Part shown: positions 59,140-64,000 of the stretch, in pieces
Layout: the number at the start of each line of letters is the position of its first letter
How positions within the stretch are numbered: the stretch's first letter is position 1
From: a virus
Taxonomy: Duplodnaviria; Caudoviricetes
Strand: one strand, 5' to 3'
Virus record (IMG/VR): IMGVR_UViG_3300028888_000069
Span: 61,413 to 125,412 of that record
DNA: 64,000 nucleotides
Made by a program: the position numbers and the translations under genes
The notes under the pieces: generated by a model
The model's database searches: none
What the model saw: only the letters and a program-made list of their open reading frames with translations
Told to the model about the DNA's origin: nothing

Positions 59140-62100
59140 TTAAGCAATCATTTCAACACGTACTGCGTTGCCACTTGGATTTGACCAACCAGTCAATAGC
59201 ATTTGTATCGCCATCTGTACTTGATAACTTTGTTGCAAAGATAATAAAATTTGTGCATTTGTAGCATTTTGTAGTTCAAAATCATACATGGTCAACACAT
59301 CTCTTATTTGTGTCAACAAATCTGATTGTAGATATACTTGTTGCGATACGGAGTTCATATAAGCCTCTAACGCACCAGCGGTGTCCTCCGTTATACCTTG
59401 TATCCCTTGTTGTAATGCACTTAATTCCTTATCCGAATTTTCCCCAAATGTAAAGTTTTCTTGTATTTTGTCATATAATAGTCCAGCAATCTTTTCCCCC
59501 TCGCTTTTTTGACCTATCATATAATCTATACTTGCTTGTGTGGCATCCAAACTTGCTTGGTCTAATCTTTCATTTATTCCATTGATAACCTCGTTTTGTG
59601 CTTGAATTTGGGTATTTTTCCAGTCCTCAATATCTTGTTGGGATATTTGGTTATTATAATATTTTGTCCATTCCATACCCGAATAATCTTTTCCCTCAAA
59701 ATGTTGTTCGGTTAATATTCTCTTAATATCTTTATCGGACATCCCCTTAATTTGGTCTATTTTTTGTTGTGCATCGGCTTTTTCTTTGGCAATATCTTCG
59801 GTATAAGATTTTTCTATATTTTCTACCCCTTTTAATACATTGTCCCACCATTTTTGCATAACGGAACTAACAATAAATTTCATAATCATATTGTCTATCA
59901 TTTCGTCCCATTTTTCAGAAAAAACTTTCATTGCGTCCTCACCATCCCTAAATGCATCAATCATTGATTGAACTAATTCCTCTGCAAAACTACCTGCGTC
60001 TGAAATACCTAATAAATTATTGCTTATTTCCTTTGATAGATTGTTAAGTTCATTTTCCAAATCAATCACTTGCCCTTGTAAATCTATAATTTTTTCTTTA
60101 TCCCTATCTTTTTTTCTACGGGATTGTTCAAGTTTCAGTTGTCGTTTTGTTTCAACTAATTGTAATTGCTTGTTTGCTATAATCGCTTGTCTTGCACCAA
60201 CCTCTAACGCACCATAAGAATCGTCTGCTTGTTGCTCAAGGTTTTTAAGAGTATTTTCTAATCTTTTAACTGCACGTTCACTTTGTGCTATTTTCTTATC
60301 AATTTTTGCGTTGTTATAATTAGCAATAAAATTAAGGGATGCAATTAACCCTGCAATAGCCATACCAATCACCGCTACCCAACCTAACGATGTTTCAGCA
60401 ATTTCCGCTATTGTAATAACCAATCCCAATGCCTCTGCGACTTGTTTAAAACCATTTGCCAATTCGTTTATCGCCATACCTTGTGCGGAATCGTCAGCAA
60501 AACCAAACATATCACCGACATTTTCTAATGCACTTGCCATATTATTCAAAACAGTTTGTGCATTTTTAGTAGCATTAACAAAGGCTTTGGTGTTCCCCCT
60601 ATTATTTGTTTGTGCGTCCGAATACTCGCCTTGTGCAATACGTAATTTATATAATAATTGTTTATATTTTGTAAATAGGTCAAGAATTGATATGGTTTCA
60701 TCACCAAGAGTTACAAAACTATTGGAAAGACTTTGATTGATAGCCTCTGCTGACATTCCACTTTCGGTTGCTGAATCAATCCATGCTTGTGTAGACGTAA
60801 AGAAATCTTCTATATTATTATAGCCTAAATCTTTATTAGCATCATTCTCAAACAAAGTGTTTAATTGTTCAACCTCTTTTTTAATGTCCTTTATATTTTT
60901 TTTCGCTTCTTTTAATGCTTTTGTGGAGTCCCATAAAGTTAGGAACGATTTAAACATGGTTTCAAATGGACTGCGACCCTCTAATTCTTCACGTATTTTT
61001 TTATAAGCACTCATCCATGCCTTTACACTTTCAGGACTATCTTCTATTTTATCCTTAACCTTGTCCATCTCACTTAAAAGATGTTCTAATGAAAGTGTTC
61101 CAATTCTATCCATATCCTCAAAAATAGTCACATACTCATCACTCTTTTTAAAGTTTTCCCAATATTCTTTTGAAATTCTTTCATCCGATTTATTGGAAAT
61201 GGACATCGCAATCACACTTGCTTTCCCTTTCTTGTTATTAGGTAATTTACTAATAACTTTGGTCATTAAATATCCTAATTCGTCACTTAAACGATTAATC
61301 TCTTCGGGGTCTTGTGAAATCTTTATGGCTCTTGCCAAGTCCATCGCTTTTATTCTTTCGTCATTTGTACCATATTGCATCACCACACTCCTCATTTCTT
61401 CCGCAGTATCACGTTTTATTTGCATTAATTTATCGTCAAATTCCCCATATTTCTTTATTAATTCATCCCATAATTTCTTCGTGTTCTTAAATTCATCTTT
61501 ATATAATTTCATTATTTCTTCGTGCTTTGCCTTGAATGCTTGATACACTGGACTATCCTTACCTAAAAACTCACCGATATTCTTTACACTTTCTTCAAGT
61601 CTAACGTCAACCTCAAAAGGTAACATATAGCCACCTGACAAAATTGTGGCTTCAGGTAACTCAAATGAAAGTTCCGCTAATTTAGTAGCCTCATTTATAT
61701 GACTAAAATCAGCCTTTAATCTATTAAGAAGATTTAAAGTTTCTTGAAATTCCGAGTTTATATCTTTTACATAATCATTTAATGTTTGTGGTGCTTGTAA
61801 CGCAAAACCACTTGCATCTTCAAACCCCATTAGTTTCGCAATGTTATCCATCAACTCTGGGTCTTCGTCATAAGCAATATAAAACTCATATTGTTCGGAA
61901 TCCATTTTTAATTTTCTTTCCAAAGACGAACTTATATTTTCAGCGACCTCTGCCATTGATGATGTAATTAGTTTTAGCATTTCCTTTTCCACCTCTTTAA
62001 AGTCCTCTGGAATCGCCTTATTGCTTTTCTTTAATTCATCTAATTGGCGATTAAAGAAATTATATAAAGATGAATAATCAATTAAGCCGTCTTTTGTAAA

Positions 62101-63999
62101 GAATTTGTCAACACCAATACTATCTAATTCTAAACCGTATTTGTTTAGAGTTTGATTTACTTTCTTAAAGGACTCACCAAATTCTTTTTCAAGAGTTTCC
62201 TTTATATTCTTAATTGGGATACCTTTACTGCGTAATTTGTCATATTCTTGTCGCAATGTTTCTATAAGACTTATTTCTTCCTTTAAAGTCTTTGCAAGTT
62301 CAGTTTCTGCATGGTGCTGCGCTCTTGCCGCTGCCGCCGCTTGTCTTCTTCTTTCTGCTGCCGCTTGCCTTGCGTTTTTTTGTGCTAACCTATTAGCCTT
62401 ATCTCTTGCTATTTGGTCGGCTTTTTCCTTTTGTTCGTCCCATGCAATTTTATCTAAAAGTTCTTTTTGCTTAAGTAGATATTTCTTTTTATCTTCCCAA
62501 CGTTTAATTTCAGCCGCATCATTTCTTCTTCTTGCTTCTGCAAGTCCCCTCTCCGTATCTTTTAAATCTTCATTAACCTTTTTTAATTTAGCATTATTTT
62601 TCCTTTGGTCTTCCAAGACATCACCCGAATCACCACCAAAGTCCAAAATAACAGGAATGGATATAGTCAACATATTAGCCAAATTTACAATTCTGACTAC
62701 ATCATTGTATGCGGATATATTATTTTGTTTAAACAACTCTAATATTTCATTTATTTTCGCCTTTCCCGCTTCAGTTGTCATATCAAATGCTTTTGTTCCA
62801 TTCTCCGTAAACTCACGATACATATCTTGTACCATTGTATAATGAGAATTTTTCATCCAATCCACAAAATACTGATAAGATATTCTATTATTAGTCCATG
62901 TGTCTTGAAAAATCCTCTTCATTATAAGTCCTTGTTTTCTTGTTTCCTCGTTTGTACTTTGTGTCATTTTCATTATGACGGACATATAATGATTATACAA
63001 CTGGTTGTTTAACTCTCTTTTAAATTCAAATGCTTGGGTAGCGGTCATCTTTTCCGACTCTGCTATGTTTTTCGCAACCTCGTCAGAGTAAACCATCATT
63101 TGAGTTAATTGTGATGTAAAATCATCCTCGTTAAAATTACCCCCCATGAAAGTGATTTTCCCAAATTGCAAATTTAATTGCTCCACAATGTCGGATGCGG
63201 TTGTTGAAACCTCATCTTTAAACTCATTGATTGCATCATGGAAAATAGCCTTATCTGCAGCATCAGCCATCCCTTGTTTGAGTTTTTCTTGAAAGTCTTT
63301 AAGTGCGTCCATATAGTCTTGTAGGTCACTTTTTAAACCCTCACCAAAAGACCCCCACAACCATGTGTCTTGATTCACGGTTATAGCCATGTCATTCAAT
63401 TCTTGTAAAGCACCGATAGCCTCTTGTATTGAATGAGTTAATTGCAAACCTTTGCCAACACGTTCCGATATGTTGTCTATTTGCATTAATCTGTCAATAT
63501 ATATTTGAGATGTTGATGTAGACTGTTCTATTTGAGTTTTTATTTCGCCCCACGCATTTCTTGCTTTTGTCAAGTCAATATCGTTGTAACCTATTAATTC
63601 ACCCTTATCATTTCTTTTATAAATTTCATCTTCAAGTTCTCTATAACTTTTCAAAAATTCCACAAGGGAGTTTGATGTTTCTTTGGCATTATTTCTTATT
63701 GACTCATTTAATTGTCTATTTTTCTCATCCACTCGATTAGCATGACCTAATAAGTCAAATATTGCCGTTAAAACAATACCAACCCAACCAAGTGCGGAGG
63801 TAAATACTGTTTTAATAGAATTTTTAATATTTGTAAATGTTGTCGTTATTTTTTTACCAAAAGTGGCAGTTGACGCAGTTGCCCAATTTAACGTGGTCGC
63901 CCATATCGTTATCATTTGGACAAACTTAACACCAATTAAAGCAAGACCAACAGATTTAATTACCCTTTCAATTGATTGCCAATTAGCAAATAATGTTTT
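59140..63999 (-). CDS. Tail tape measure protein, partial (5' end beyond the window), >1,600 aa
   Basis: Frame stays open to the window edge. Long helical/coiled-coil protein with two hydrophobic segments (ALGWVGIVLTAIF; LGWVAVIGMAIAGLIA). C-terminus LSALQQGIQGITEDTAGALEAYMNSV is typical of Bacteroidota siphovirus TMPs. No TAG in frame. Confidence 0.85.
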   Translation of the reverse strand, partial: KTLFANWQSIERVIKSVGLALIGVKFVQMITIWATTLNWATASTATFGKKITTTFTNIKNSIKTVFTSALGWVGIVLTAIFDLLGHANRVDEKNRQLNESIRNNAKETSNSLVEFLKSYRELEDEIYKRNDKGELIGYNDIDLTKARNAWGEIKTQIEQSTSTSQIYIDRLMQIDNISERVGKGLQLTHSIQEAIGALQELNDMAITVNQDTWLWGSFGEGLKSDLQDYMDALKDFQEKLKQGMADAADKAIFHDAINEFKDEVSTTASDIVEQLNLQFGKITFMGGNFNEDDFTSQLTQMMVYSDEVAKNIAESEKMTATQAFEFKRELNNQLYNHYMSVIMKMTQSTNEETRKQGLIMKRIFQDTWTNNRISYQYFVDWMKNSHYTMVQDMYREFTENGTKAFDMTTEAGKAKINEILELFKQNNISAYNDVVRIVNLANMLTISIPVILDFGGDSGDVLEDQRKNNAKLKKVNEDLKDTERGLAEARRRNDAAEIKRWEDKKKYLLKQKELLDKIAWDEQKEKADQIARDKANRLAQKNARQAAAERRRQAAAAARAQHHAETELAKTLKEEISLIETLRQEYDKLRSKGIPIKNIKETLEKEFGESFKKVNQTLNKYGLELDSIGVDKFFTKDGLIDYSSLYNFFNRQLDELKKSNKAIPEDFKEVEKEMLKLITSSMAEVAENISSSLERKLKMDSEQYEFYIAYDEDPELMDNIAKLMGFEDASGFALQAPQTLNDYVKDINSEFQETLNLLNRLKADFSHINEATKLAELSFELPEATILSGGYMLPFEVDVRLEESVKNIGEFLGKDSPVYQAFKAKHEEIMKLYKDEFKNTKKLWDELIKKYGEFDDKLMQIKRDTAEEMRSVVMQYGTNDERIKAMDLARAIKISQDPEEINRLSDELGYLMTKVISKLPNNKKGKASVIAMSISNKSDERISKEYWENFKKSDEYVTIFEDMDRIGTLSLEHLLSEMDKVKDKIEDSPESVKAWMSAYKKIREELEGRSPFETMFKSFLTLWDSTKALKEAKKNIKDIKKEVEQLNTLFENDANKDLGYNNIEDFFTSTQAWIDSATESGMSAEAINQSLSNSFVTLGDETISILDLFTKYKQLLYKLRIAQGEYSDAQTNNRGNTKAFVNATKNAQTVLNNMASALENVGDMFGFADDSAQGMAINELANGFKQVAEALGLVITIAEIAETSLGWVAVIGMAIAGLIASLNFIANYNNAKIDKKIAQSERAVKRLENTLKNLEQQADDSYGALEVGARQAIIANKQLQLVETKRQLKLEQSRRKKDRDKEKIIDLQGQVIDLENELNNLSKEISNNLLGISDAGSFAEELVQSMIDAFRDGEDAMKVFSEKWDEMIDNMIMKFIVSSVMQKWWDNVLKGVENIEKSYTEDIAKEKADAQQKIDQIKGMSDKDIKRILTEQHFEGKDYSGMEWTKYYNNQISQQDIEDWKNTQIQAQNEVINGINERLDQASLDATQASIDYMIGQKSEGEKIAGLLYDKIQENFTFGENSDKELSALQQGIQGITEDTAGALEAYMNSVSQQVYLQSDLLTQIRDVLTMYDFELQNATNAQILLSLQQSYQVQMAIQMLLTGWSNPSGNAVRVEMIA

Positions 64000-64000
64000 T

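Noticed and set aside
1638-63012. Plus-strand ORFs in the track (e.g. 19346..19810, 61061..61543, 62237..62842)
   Set aside because: All lie antisense to long minus-strand genes and have Ser/Phe/Leu/Ile-rich shadow composition with no recognisable motifs.
1-64000. Suppressor tRNA (CUA) or other tRNA/rRNA genes
   Set aside because: Intergenic gaps are short and AT-rich, and I saw no cloverleaf or T-loop GTTCRA in a suitable context. A suppressor may lie outside the window; tRNAscan-SE or ARAGORN would settle it.

Overview
Almost all coding is on the minus strand, and the window is phage DNA in two compositionally distinct parts. (1) About 1-54,550 is the virion-cargo, structural and lysis region of a crAss-like phage (Crassvirales, Bacteroidota host). 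It recodes TAG as glutamine (translation table 15). The supplied standard-code ORF track breaks it into dozens of fragments that end in TAG and share a reading frame. Reading TAG as Gln merges them into about 25 tightly packed genes, often with ATGA/TAATG overlaps. These are a >3,370-aa virion RNA polymerase (DYDID catalytic motif), a 3,515-aa cargo protein with an SF1 helicase domain, further cargo proteins (zincin-like protease, DUF192 fusion), two large tail proteins, HU/IHF-like and ring proteins, auxiliary capsid protein, major capsid protein, scaffold, amidase endolysin, fibre-like proteins and a holin with an internal TAG. (2) About 54,625-64,000 is a siphovirus-type tail module: tape measure, post-TMP protein, Dit-like protein, BspA/DUF285 adhesin and a small chaperone-like gene. 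It has no in-frame TAG, higher G+C, and by eye no GATC or CTAG, so it is either an assembly chimera or a real hybrid. Other points of interest are a repeated (Y/F/H)(K/Q/R)xGG motif at cargo domain boundaries, TAG avoidance in high-copy genes, and a possible terminator/antiterminator leader upstream of the cargo/RNAP genes. Merged genes were reconstructed by hand from frame arithmetic and spot translation, and not every codon was checked. Family assignments come from motif recognition and gene order, not database searches.
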